A stretch of DNA of 64,000 nt, the filler included, from Jimgerdemannia flammicorona (Eukaryota), in assembly GCA_003990765.1 (NCBI GenBank). It is 3 parts of 3 records of this genome, joined end to end, with 100 filler letters (N's around TTAATTAATTAA, not from the genome) between each part and the next. Parts side by side here need not be neighbours in the genome. Positions count along the whole stretch, not along the records: positions 21,560 to 43,014 come from RBNJ01001447.1; 2 more parts are not named here. One strand, given 5' to 3'. How positions within the stretch are numbered: the stretch's first letter is position 1; each line of letters opens with the position of its first letter. Both the position numbers and the translations under genes were made by a program. Below the pieces are notes generated by a model. It did no database searches and was not told where the DNA came from. It saw nothing but the letters and a program-made list of their open reading frames with translations. Below, piece by piece: positions 25,301 to 37,899 of this stretch.

Positions 25301-26099
25301 GAATAAATTCCAGTTCAGAGGTTGGGCTTTATACTAACTTGTAGAAATTCTCAGAGGGATTTGTAGTAGGGTAAGGAAGTATCTTGAAGCAGAATTAGAT
25401 TATAAACTACTGCTACCAAGTTATAAGAGGATTACTTATTAGGATAACCATTATGTAGTTCTGAAAGAGTTTTCTGGAAGTTCTAGATATTCTGAAAGAC
25501 TGTTTTCTTAAGGTCAAGATCAATTTTATATAGAGTACATCCTCTATGCTTATTGATTTCAAGATTGGATTGATGTCTCAACCAAAGTCCTTTTTTGGAC
25601 TAGTTCTGGATGTTCAGGATTTTTCATATTTCAGGAAGTTCAAGAAACTAAGACCAGCTTAGTTGAATCAGTATATTGCTGCAGACAATACCTGATTAGG
25701 AAATTTCATAATGGAGTTGGGAGTGGGACCTAACAGGGAGTGAATTTACTTAAGAGTAGTTTGTGGATTATTAAATAGATTTATTTGCTATTCATAATAT
25801 TACTATACTGGAAGTAGTTGTATGAAAGAATATTGTGGGGAAGTGCTCAGGAGTTATATTTAGATTATTCAAGTCTGAGATTCTGAGATCTAGGGGAGTG
25901 GATAATTATACTAGTGAGGGGCTATCTGGGCTATACTAGATATAGATGTAGTACTTAGTGCCCTGCTGAGTCAGAATGCAGTCACATAGTACAAGTATGA
26001 TCTGATATATCAAGAGATCATCTGACTGCTGAGTCAGTTTACAGTTATATTGTATAAGGCTAATCTAACTATACTATGACTGTTAAGCTATTTATGGAT

Positions 26100-27300
26100 T
26101 TAGACACTGTCTGGGTAGTCTTCAATAATATCATATCTGATGAAGTAGTCATCTATAGAGAGTGGTTTGCAGATAACTTCTCTCTATTCACTGAGATAAT
26201 AATACATTAGAACTTCATCACCATCCAACAAAATAGCATCATCTGTCTCATATGTTAGATAAGGTATTAGTGAGTGAAAGAGGGGTACATTGTCTTCACT
26301 TTCATTGGATTTGCTATCTGCATACCTTCTATAGATAATGATACTATGAGTTGCAGGGTTGTAGTATGCTGGTGGTTGTGCTTCATATCATCTATACTCA
26401 GGTGGTAGGGTTGTTGGTTTGATCTCAAGGGTCATCTGAAGATACAGGTTGTATTCTCTGGTCTCTTCATTATAGTTGAAGTAATTGGGGATGAATGTGG
26501 GCTAGTATTCATATCAGTGGTCATTATCTCAATAGGTCTTGTAGGTGGTTATGAACTGTTGTAAGTTTATTGACAAGATTGGCAGGATAATCAGAGTTGG
26601 CAGGGATTCTTGGCTTAAGGTCATATTGGTATCAGAGATATCATTATCTTCTGCTTCATCATCATTGAACTGGATTATATCATAGACATCCATTATGGCA
26701 TATTCGACTTGAAGCATTTGTAGAATATGGTCATTAGGATGTGAGAAGGTTCTGTTTGTGGTCTGGATATACTTGATATACTTATGATATAGTTCTTGTA
26801 TCATATCATTGATTTGGCCATAGGACAGAGTGGCAACCATATTGGCAGTAGTAACTCAGAGGTGGGGAATAATAGTGCTATACTTATAAAAGAGTTCTCA
26901 GTGTTTACAGGCAATAAGCTTCTAGTGTTGAGATATCTGAGTAATATCTGTATCATGGTGGTGTTTGACTATATCTTCTAGGAGGTGTCTGATCTGGTAG
27001 TAGCATGAGTTTTGTCTGATTCAGTGGACTTTGCTAAGCATGTCAGGGTATTCCATTGGGCTTTTATAAAGTTGAGGGGTGCTAAGCTATGGATATTCAT
27101 GAGGGGCAGAGGGGGTGTGGCTTGGTTGACAATGGCATTCCAAATGTCAGTATGGATGCAATTGTAGATCTCAGTGGTCATGTTTGTATACATATATGTT
27201 CAGGAGTTGGAGTTGTTTGTTTGATTTGTTATGGTTCTATATTTGAACATATCTTGGTACTCGGTATTAATATATTTCGTCTTAATTGGTAAGATTCCAT
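26100..27300 (-). pseudogene. Family C accessory ORF (~400 codons), upstream of gag and apparently inside the LTR
   Basis: ATG at 27300. Reads YYQIRHLL...KLIACKH*ELFYKYSTIIPHL*VTTANMVATLSYGQIN, then acidic DDEAEDND, with one frameshift near 27010. Second copy at 32411-33620. Confidence 0.7.
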
Positions 27301-28436
27301 TTGTATAATTCTTGTATTCTGTGACTTCAAGTTGACTCAGCTTTGTATACTGTGACTTCAGTTTGACTCAGCTTCATGATCATACAGGTGATTTCCAGAT
27401 TTGTTCAGAGCTTACATATGATTTTAGTGGCTTGTTTGGAGGGTGATGTGTGATTTCAGTTGCTTTGAGATTGTATGCTTATAGTTATAATAGAGTGAGC
27501 ATATGCTTATAAAGAAGTGATAACTATTATATAGTGGATATAGAGGCTCTATTTTGCATGTCCAGTAATAGTTCCAGTATACTGAACATATGTCCTTATC
27601 CTTCAAGAGGGCTGAAATTAGACATAATGTCTTAGAGAAAGAGTTGGATATATATTTCTTAATTCTGTTTACTATGAGCACTATTTCAGCTAGCCAGTCA
27701 TTCTGGCCACTTCAGAAATCTACTGCTATTTGATATTGGACAAAGTTATTTATGATATACTATAATATATAAAGTACTAAAAGGGTATGGGTTTTCTTAC
27801 TATAAAGAATTCTCTGTTTGATAGAATCAAAAGAGCCCAGAGTGGCCAACTACTAGATAAGGATAAAGATGTCCCACCATTGGGCTTTATTCTTGAGTAG
27901 AGAGGGGCATAGATTGCCTACCTTCTAGATAAGGCAAGAGACCATGAGGCAATTGAAAAAACAAACCCCATTAATAGTAGGAGTTTACTGGCTGATAGCA
28001 GTATAGATACTCCAGAGTTGGTGGGTACTTATGTCTTTATGAAAGAGGTGGGCTAAGTAGTTCATCTACTGCTTAGTAGATATATAAGAGAATCAATATA
28101 TTTTTGATGATACTAATAGACATAGTGTTGGTAGTTAAACTTGAAGTTCTTATATAAGAATATCTGAATACAGGTCTTGATAAGATTGTAAGTCAGTTCT
28201 ACTAGCATTCTGATTTCTAGAGAATACTGCTGATCAATTATATGAGGGCATCTCATTAGTATATCCATATTACTGCTGTTAGAGCTCAATATAAAAGGAG
28301 GATTAGGAGAACTATTACTATTCTCAGAAGTTTGGGCCACTAGCTCTATTACTATCAGAATGGAGTAATGAAAATAAGGCAAGAGCACTAGTTCTTCTTT
28401 ATCTTACAAAGAGTGTGATTGATCAGAATTTAGGGA

Positions 28437-31110
28437 TAGCTTCTTTCTCTGCTACCTTACTGGTCACAAGATTTGGTAAGCAACCTTCAGAGTCTACTTT
28501 CTACAACTAATACTCCCTCTACCTCAGGTTGGATTGCTATATCTATTGTAGAGCAGTGGGAGGGAGGCAATGGTGATGAGTGGCCCCTTTATCAGTCTCT
28601 GATTGGTGTCTTTTCTACTTTTTTGCAGTTTCTGGTGCCTTCAGCTATATCTGGAGTATACCTGTTTTGGTGCAGTGCTTTCTGTCTTTTGTTGTCATCA
28701 ATGAGATGTTGTCTGGAGTATTATGGACTATATATAAAGTCAGCTAACCTTGGGTATCAAGTACCAGTATAGGTTATCTACAGGTCTCCAGTACCTGTAG
28801 TGGAGCCCTCTGAGCTTTGGTTAGCTTTCTGGTAAGAGTGGTTCTGGTGTAGGTGACTGCTATTTAGGTGGTATTGGAATGGGAAAAGAGATGGCCATTA
28901 TAGATAAGAGGAAGAGTATTTACAGTTGACCAGTAGAGTACCAGACTGGGGGCAGTCATCAGGGCTGGGGTAGGTACTGTATCAGTGGGGTCTTCTGATT
29001 GATATAGGGCAGTTAGATAGTAGATATTACTCTCAGCTTCTTTTAGGGATTTGTGAGATTAGACCCCAGTCATTGGGGGGGGTTGGGGGGTCTGAGGCTA
29101 CCTATTTCAGGTATCTTGGCCACACTTAATTGAAATCAGAAGCTGATATGACAATATAATTGAGGTCTATAAGCTTGAGTAGTGAGGTATTGGGGGTCTC
29201 CTCCTGTCTCATATATAAGTCCTTTACTCATCTCATCTGGGAGAACTAGGCCCTACTCACTATGCTGTACTTTGATAGGGATTTTTCTTTACCTGTTATT
29301 CTCTTTGGAGTGATAGGGGCTATTCTATTCAACTCAGACATGGTCTTATATATATATTGGAGTTTCAGTCATATACCTGTTATAGGCATATGGTTGTTGC
29401 CCCCTGGTGATAGGGAGAGTATGGTATTGAGATATGAGCAACAATGCTCTACTCTAGCTGGTATGGTCAAGTTGCTGGATAATAGCTAGCCTAGGTTATT
29501 TGGGATGTTGTGCTCAGAGAGTGATGAGAGAGGGTTTCAGCCTATATAGTCTAGGTTTTCTTCCAATAAAATCTGTGGGACTTTGGCTCCATTAAAAAAA
29601 AAAAGATCAGAATTCAGAGAATTTATATATGATGTAGTTGGAGGCCAACAGTATTGAAAAGCATCTATCTCCGGAGCTTTCAAGTTAGCCTACCAGCTGT
29701 AGAAAAGAGAGGTTTATATGGTTATTTGGGAGATAAACAAGTTAAGTCAGACAGGAACCCATTAGTAGTATAGAAGCAAAAAGACAGATGGGTACATTCT
29801 ACCTTTCATTAGTAACATTTGAATTATACAAACTTTAAGCAACTCTCAAGACATTGTTCTTTAGTAAAAAGGTACTAACAAAATAGTATCTATTGAGTTT
29901 TCTGAGGTATATGCTGGGTAGAGTGGCTCTAGTATATTTGACTGACAGTATGTAGGGCAGAACCATGGTGTGGGGGGAAGAATGAGGGGCTTATTAGCAG
30001 GAGAACATAGAAGGAGAGGGGGCAGCACTGGTGGGCAGAAGTCTGAGAGGATGAGCTTCACTGACAAGGTAAAGAGTGGTCGACTAGTGATAATGACTGG
30101 GCTGGAGGGCTGGCTGAGGAAGAGTAAGGAGACTTAAAGGGCTGTAGGTTCTGAGGGAGTGGCCCATAGAGATGAGAGCACCAAGGCTGGGAGAGTAGTG
30201 GCAGGAGGGAGTAGGATGACTGATAGAGGAAAGACTGCTAATCTGAAAAAAAAATCCAGATATGATAGCTAATAGTAGATCTGGACAGGAGGAGGGCACA
30301 AGGCCAAGGAACCTGGTAGATAGTGTGATGGAGTTGATGGTGACTCTATTACTCAAGAAATCAAGGTCCAAATTTATTGTCATATTGTACTTCTGAGGCT
30401 TGGCAGTTATGGTAAGAATGATTCTGAGGCTTCTAGCTCAGAAGGTAAAGGGGGTTACCTCAGTAAAGTTTTTCAAAAGATGGAAAGGAGTGGAGGTTGG
30501 ATTCGAGCAGAAAGAGATACTATTAGAGGTGATAGAAAAGAGAGTGGTAGTGGAGAGAGTGGTGATCCCCATGACATGGTGCTTGTGCTGGAATTTTTAT
30601 ATAATATAGTTGACAGTACTGAATATGCAAACTGTATTAAAGAAGATGGCTAGGGGATTGATTATGGAGGCCATTGAGAAGTATGGAGAGATCATGAATA
30701 TTGGGTTTAGGGTCTGAGAGAGCACTAAGTTCAGGATAGTGATGTGGATGTCAGGATATAGCTGGTGGACAAGGAGAATACAGGAAAGACAAGAGACTGG
30801 CTGGTAGCTCTAAAGTGGGGCCCTGTGGAGAGCAAGGAGTCATGGGTGAAGGGGATGCTAGAAGCGAAAGAGGACTTGCTAGAGGTATTAGAAGACCTGA
30901 CTGGAGTAGTAGAGAGGAGGAGGTTGGCCTATAGAAACTGGTGAGGACTTAGCAGACTTGACAGCAGCAGTAGTGAAAGAGATACATACCACAGTATAAA
31001 TAGTAGTATAAATATATATCAGTATAAATGGCCTCAGAGACCAAGACCTTAGGAATGACTGGAATCAGTAGAGATAGAGCAGACTACAGAGGTGGTCTGA
31101 TTTACCTTAT
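28437..31110 (+). mobile_element. Decayed 5' part of an L1/Tx1-like LINE (5' region and ORF1)
   Basis: 28437-28800 matches the reverse complement of 43115-43468; G-rich strand bias like the LINE at 37732-42400. Confidence 0.7.
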
Positions 31111-31116
31111 ATAGAG

Positions 31117-31273
31117 GAATTTAACAAGCTAAAGATCATTAAATTTGGATATATATTTATTGAGTTATTATATTTCAAAAAATAGATTTTGAATTGAATT
31201 TGAATCAAATTAGCATTTGATTCAATTTGAATTGAATTGATTTGTTAATTTGATTTAATTTATTAGAGCATTG
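31117..31273. mobile_element. Decayed half copy of the foldback MITE
   Basis: TAACAAGCTAAA...AAATTTGGAT...GAGTTATT...TTAGAGCATTG matches the arm at 5325-5492. Confidence 0.75.
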
Positions 31274-31274
31274 T

Positions 31275-32260
31275 TTGTGTCCATCTTCGGGTTCACATCT
31301 GGAAGCATAATTATTCTCCAATTCTCCCATCTCTTCTTATTCTTATAATACAGTACCACCAGCCCAAGATCCAGATCTCCTATCTACTCTCTAGAGGTTA
31401 GAATTATATTACACAACTCTATCATCTCCCCTAAGACTCTTTTGACTACCACTATCTTCTTCTATAAGTCCTAAAGCAGACCATCTTCACTAGATACAAT
31501 TTTCAGATTTATAGTAGACAAGATACTCAAAATCTCTTCTCTGACTAGCTGAGTTAATTTCTCAAGTCTATCTACCTGTAAGAGACACTAGCTCTCCAAA
31601 TAATACCCAATTGTCATCTTATCAATAAGACCTTCTCTTTACTTCATAATTTCTCTCATCTACTCTTCAATAACCCTAAGATTTTCTGAACCTCACTTAC
31701 CAGTGTACTCTCATCATCAAGTACCCCATATTGCCACTGTCTCACCCTCCATACCTACAGAAGTCTTGACAGATATTTTGTCAGTCTCTTCACTTTCTCA
31801 AGTTTCTACAATTATAACTATATATATCTCCTCTTTCTCTTTTAATACTCTTTTCAATCTCTCTACTTTTAGCTAATTATGTCTCAGTATTCAATCCTCC
31901 ACACTGTCCTGTATCAACACACTAGTCAAATCTATCTGCAACTACTCTCACCTATCTGATGTCTATCTCACCTATTGTCTCTACTGAGATCCTTTTAACT
32001 GATATACTTTACTCTAGTATATCTTGGCAGCCTCCTTCATTTTCAACCAGCAGACATCTACCAGAGATCTCTCACTTTTCTAATATTCAATCATTGCCCA
32101 AATGTCCACCAACTATTCTCTTACAACTCCCTCTCCTCTAGTAAGTAGAATTTGAGACACTAATGTCCAGATCCATCTCCACTCCTATCAAACTATCTGC
32201 TCCAAAAACCAACAATAATCAGACCAGAGGCACTACTCTATCTCCAAGATCTTCTAAACT
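31275..32260 (-). mobile_element. Decayed LINE ORF2 fragment (end of endonuclease and following region)
   Basis: Minus strand LEIE*CLWSDY is homologous to LEVEWCPWSDH at ~40800-40830. Confidence 0.7.
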
Positions 32261-32269
32261 ATTAGTGCA

Positions 32270-35200
32270 AAATCTTAAACCATTGAAATAATATATCACT
32301 CTCATAATAAATCCAGAAATCACATATAAGATTACAAAGCTGAGTCAAACCAAAGTCACAGATCATTAAACTGAGTCAACTTGAAGTCATAGAATACAAG
32401 ATATACAAAAATGGAATCTTACTAATCAAGATCAAAACTATATATATCAGATATATAGTATATCAAAATGGAAAACTATAACAAACTAAATAATAACTAT
32501 AACTATAAACATATATCTAGCCATGATCACAGAAGTCTATGACTACATCTATACTAACATTTGGATTACTATTATCAACTGTACCATAGCACTCTTATCT
32601 CTCATAAATATCTATAGTCTAGCATCTCTCTATTTAGTAGAAGTCTAATGAAATATTTTGAACATATTTAGTGAGACCTACGAAACTGAACAAATCTCAA
32701 GCTATTATCAAATTGGTCATCTCCTAGATGATATGATTAACCATTACTATAATATAGATATTATCAAAATATCACAACTCTAGAAGCTTATTATGTGTAT
32801 GTAAATTCTAAGAACTCTTTTATAAGTTTAGTACCCTTATTCTCTCACTATCACTAAAATGGTCACAACTTTGATCTATGGCCTAATCAATGACATAATA
32901 TAAGAACTCAACCAGAAATATATTAAGTATGTCCAAACTACTAATAGACCATTTCTACTCTCAGATAATTACATCCTACAGATACCTCAAGTTAGATATA
33001 TACTGAAGGATATTTATAATATATAATCCTATTTAACAATAATAAATCAGAAGACAATGACTCCTCCGATACTAAGATAACCTTCAGCTAAGTATCTCAG
33101 CTAACCCTGATTACTCTGCCAACCTTATTGATAGACTTAAAATAATTTATAACTATCTATAGAATCTATTGTAATAATGATCACTGGTATAATACTAATC
33201 TGCATTCAGATCTAACTACTTTAACTATAATAAAGAAACAGGAGAATATAACCTATATCTTCAGACAACTCTTGAGATAGAACTATTGATTGTACTCTTC
33301 AAATATGAGTAATATGAAGAATAACTATTAGTATACTATAATTCTATAATATATACTACAACCAACTAAAGATATACTGATAGCAAATTCAATGAAAGCA
33401 AAGATAATATACCCCTTCTCTATTAACCAATATTATATCCAGCATATGAGACCAATGATGTCATCCTGTTGGATGATTACTTTATTCTAATATACTACTA
33501 TTAAATGAATAGAGGGATATAATCCAAGAACCACTCTTTCTAGATAACTATTTTATCAGCATTGATATTATCAATGATGACGTCATTAAATACTGTTTAG
33601 ACATTATCTAAATCTATAAATAGCTTAGCAGTCATTAGTATAGTTAAATTAGCATAATACTATATGACTATATTCTAACTTATCAGTCAATAGATCTATT
33701 GATATATCAGTTCATATCTTATACTATATAACTATATTCTGACTTATTAAGTACTAGGTCCTACTTCTAACTAGTTTCAGAAATTTCCTAATTAGGTATT
33801 GTTTACGGCAATATGCCAATTTAACTTAGCTGGTCTTAGTTTCTTAAACTTTCTGAAATAAGAAAATTCTGAATATCTAGAATATTCAAGGAAAGGACTT
33901 GAGATATTAATCTAATCTTGAAATCAATAAGTATAAAAGATATACTATATATGAAATTGATCTTGACCTTAAGAAAACAGTCTGCCAGAAAATTTAGAAC
34001 TTTTAAAAAACTCTTCCAGAACTATATAATGATACTCTAACAAAGTACTCTCTTATAACTTAGTGGTAGTAGTTTATAATTCTGTTCTGCTTTAAGATAC
34101 TTTCTCATTTAGCTACAACTCTTCTCAGAAATTTTTATAAGTTAGTATAAAGCCCAACTGCTAAACTGGAATTTATCTTAAACAATCTGACAATCTAGAG
34201 TAAATTGAATCTGATGTATAAGAACAATAAGACCTCTACACTTAAAATAAGTAGAATAAGCTTTATATAAATAAAGAATTACTTCAATTAAATCAGCAGA
34301 TAGGTGAAACTCTATTAACTGAACTTCTTGCTCTATACCCTATAAGTTAAGACAAAGAAGGTCTTATAGAAGTCTTCTTTACTCTACTCAATAAGAGTTT
34401 TATAAGCTCTATAAATCTGAGTGATATAGAATAACCAGCAGAGCTATTGTTCTAGTCTTAGTTCCTCATGAAGCCCAAGCCTCTATAGTGAAGTAGTTTA
34501 ATTCTACTGACTATTGCTATATCAGACAAAGATTGCTCTATACTATTATTTTCAGAATTATAAGACCTACTATATTCTTAAAGAAGAAGCTAGAGAAATT
34601 TATTATTAATAATCAGACTCTGAACCAGAAGTTGGCCAAGCTAGAACTCTATTTGAATCTAAAACCAAACTAGAAACAGAACCTAATCTCAAAGAAGCTT
34701 TTGACTTAAGTCTATCTGAACTCTAGTATATAATTATTATCATCTACTTTGATACTGAACAAACTCAGCTATACCAAGATCAAAGTAAAGAAGTAGAGAA
34801 GTATCTCATAAATTTAATCCTAGATATATTACTGAAGGAGATATACTTACCTTAGGACAAAATACACCTATACAAAAATAGACTTTTATCTATCAAGCTC
34901 TTATATTAGACCTATAACAGTTACTTCCATAACTTATACAAACTCAAGAAATATCATCACACTCTACACTAATATCTCAAATTATATCAGTATCCTCACT
35001 ATCAGTAATTCAACTATCTCTAGTAAATAATAAAGTAAACTAATAAATTTTGAACTTCATAGCCTAGATATATATCTATAATAGTAGCAACTATTATGAC
35101 CTTAGCCAAATAGACCAGACCAATAAAATGTCTGAGCCTACTTATCTTTAATAATACTATATAAGAAGTTGAAAGCTTTATTAATATAGTAGATATCAAT

Positions 35201-35840
35201 TTTAAAGCCAATCAATAGACCAATAAGCAAGTTGCTGACTGTCATCTGATAAATAACCAAGATCATACTATTGAACAACTCTTTGCTACTACTATGATAT
35301 ATCTTCACAGAGTTGTTATATTCTTCTGAGAATCTGCTGAAAAATAATGGTAAATCCTTCCTGAAATATCCCTCACATAGGATACCCAACCTATAGTTAT
35401 TGCTCAAAATATAGCAAATAATACTCCAAGATATATATAGGGACCACCTGTTGCTCCTGGGCTCAACAAACTCATAATTGCCCAATATTATAACAAAATT
35501 CTAATTGATAAATTTGGAGTAAAACTTTACAATCTCAAATTTGATATATATAGTAAAAGGGAATTTGACAAAATCCAAGTCACTTCTGAATACTATAGGT
35601 CTAGGATATATTACTGATTATGAAGCAAAAAATAATATAAGAGTGGACTATTTATTCAATATACTACTAGAATGACTCACTAGAAAGATCTAAGTATAAG
35701 ATTACTCAGTTGGTTATTGCTATCAAAAATGGTGTCTAGCTAGAATCAAGACTATGATCAAGCAAATTCTAACAGCTAGACCAATTCTGTCTTAAAAAAA
35801 ATTCTATAATAATATAGATAGAAACTCAGATAAGAATTGG
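32270..35840 (+). mobile_element. Family C copy 2 (LTR-associated ORF and gag), heavily decayed
   Basis: Collinear with the reverse complement of 23750-27480. Confidence 0.85.
32411..33620 (+). pseudogene. Family C accessory ORF, copy 2
   Basis: ATGGAATCTTAC start; ETEQISSYYQIGHLL with YYQIGHLL at 32703-32726. Confidence 0.65.
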
Positions 35841-35859
35841 ATGAACACTTCTTCATATA

Positions 35860-36280
35860 AATATCCCTTCACATACTACTTCTAGTATTAGCCATTAGCA
35901 ATATTATAAATAGCAAATAAACCTATTTAATAATCCACAAACTACTCTTCAGTAAACTCATACTATATTAAATCCTACTCTTAACTAGATCTAGAAATTT
36001 CCTAATTAAATATTGTCTGTAATATTATATTAATTTAACTAAGCTGGTCTTAGTTTTTTAAAATTTCTGAAATAAGATAAATTCTGAATATCCAGAACAG
36101 TCTGAGGAAAGGACCATGATTGAGATATTAATCTAATCTTAAAATTAATAAGAATAGAGAATGTATACTCTATATAAAATTGATCTTAACCTTAAGAAAA
36201 CAGTCTTTCAGAATATTTAGAACTTCCAGAAATCCCTTTCAGAGCTATATAATAGTATCCTAACAAAGTATCCTCTTATA
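35860..36280 (+). repeat. Additional family C LTR-like fragment
   Basis: Repeats 33780-34060 and matches the reverse complement of 25420-25840. Confidence 0.7.
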
Positions 36281-36289
36281 TAAACATCT

Positions 36290-37590
36290 AGTCTCTAGCA
36301 ATTAGCTATCGGAATCCAGTCTATTCTTGTCCCTACTGTCTAAATATATGTTATGTGTTTTGTATTATATAAATAGTAGCAGAGAGAATGGTTTAATTAT
36401 GTGACTCTCTGGTATTCATGGCAGATAAGATATTCTTGTGCTTTGATAGTCATTGGAACTTAATTTAGAGTGTAATTTCTCAGTACATCCTTTTTTCAGT
36501 TTATTGGAGCTGATAGAAAAGTATATCAACATTGTTATAAACTTTGTCTACTTTGTAGTTAATATTGATTTTGTAATCCTGTGGAATAAGGATCCAATAG
36601 ATAATAATTCTGAGAGATTTGTATAGTTGGATAGCTATTTGAGAGCAGTATGATCAGTTATTAAAGTAAAACTTTTTCTTATATAATAGTGCTTCAACAG
36701 AGTGACTATCCATATAACTGCAGAGTATTCTAACTTAGTGCTACCATAGTTGGCTTATTGATAATTAGTAGCTTGGCTTAGTAAGCTATTATATAGTATT
36801 ACTAATTAGGTATATCTTAGACTAAGACTGCTCTAAGACTCTCTTTAGAGATATCTATATATAAGATAAATGGTCTCTATAGATTAGATTATTCAAGGAC
36901 TAGTATTATAGTTATTCAGCACTTGAGTTCTCTGAAGACTAGTTCTTGTAGTTTTATCTACTTATAGAGTACTTCTTTCTAGAGAAGTATTTGAATTAGA
37001 GTGGTAATTTAGACAAAGTTCTTGATAAATCCTCTATAGTAGGATACTAGTATGAGAAATAATAATATTTTCTTCAGAGTCTTAGATACTAACCAGTTGT
37101 AAATTTTCTCAGTTTTCATTAGGTATGTATAAGTTTCTTCTTTAGAAATAATAAATTCAAGAAATTTAAGTTTCTGGTTTCCAAAGTAGTATTTCTTACC
37201 ATTGAGCCTTAGATAGTTCTTATGGATAAATTGAAAGAATTCTTCTAGATAGTGTAGGTATTCTTTGATATTTTCTGAATTTATATTAGAATTATCTATA
37301 TATATAATCTGGTAGTAGTAGATCAGTGGGACATAGACTAAGTTCATCATTTTCTAGAAGGTTGGAGTGTATTACAGAGTTTAAAGAGCATTTAGAGATA
37401 TTCAAACAATTTTCCTAGAACAAAAAAGACTGTTTTTTAAATATTCTTGAGATTTATAGAAATCTTATGGAATTTTGCAAAATTATCCATATTACTGAAA
37501 TATCTAGTATCCTGTAATTAGTCTAGGAGATTATCAATTCTAGGCAAAGGGAAAGTATCTTTTTCTGTTACTGAGTTGAACTTCATATAA
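36290..37590 (-). pseudogene. pol: Decayed family A RT/RNase H fragment
   Basis: ORF 37009-37350 is homologous to 2478-2837. Confidence 0.85.
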
Positions 37591-37595
37591 TATAT

Positions 37596-37729
37596 TGTAA
37601 TGTGTCTGGCTCAATGGAGACAAATTACAAGGTTGGGGGTTGATGTAGTTTGGCTTGAGCCCCCAGTTACTTTGTCAAAAAGCAACAAAATGTTCTAAGA
37701 TTCCTGAGATCCTTGGTGTTTAGTGGTAT

Positions 37730-37731
<2 letters not shown>
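37596..37731 (-). repeat. 3' end of a family A LTR, cut by the LINE poly(A) end
   Basis: Reverse complement of ~21277-21411. Confidence 0.9.
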
Positions 37732-37763
<32 letters not shown>

Positions 37764-37899
37764 GTCACTTGGACTCTGCCATTTATTACCTGTCTATTAA
37801 TAATTTTACAGTTTACCCTTGCACTACCCAATCCCCATAGGAGTACCACTCCTCCTACGTACATAAACAAAGACCACTTTCACACCCACTACCCCAACC

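Larger units (their letters stand above)
21560..28436 (-). mobile_element. Ty3/Gypsy family C copy 1: putative long LTR with ORF, gag, dUTPase, protease, RT (truncated at the spacer)
   Basis: Knuckle CFYCQKTGHMASAC (~23505-23550), dUTPase (~23020-23430), IIIDSGVSSNFI, VVYIDDILVFS. Left-hand start of the element upstream of ~27480 is uncertain. Confidence 0.85.
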
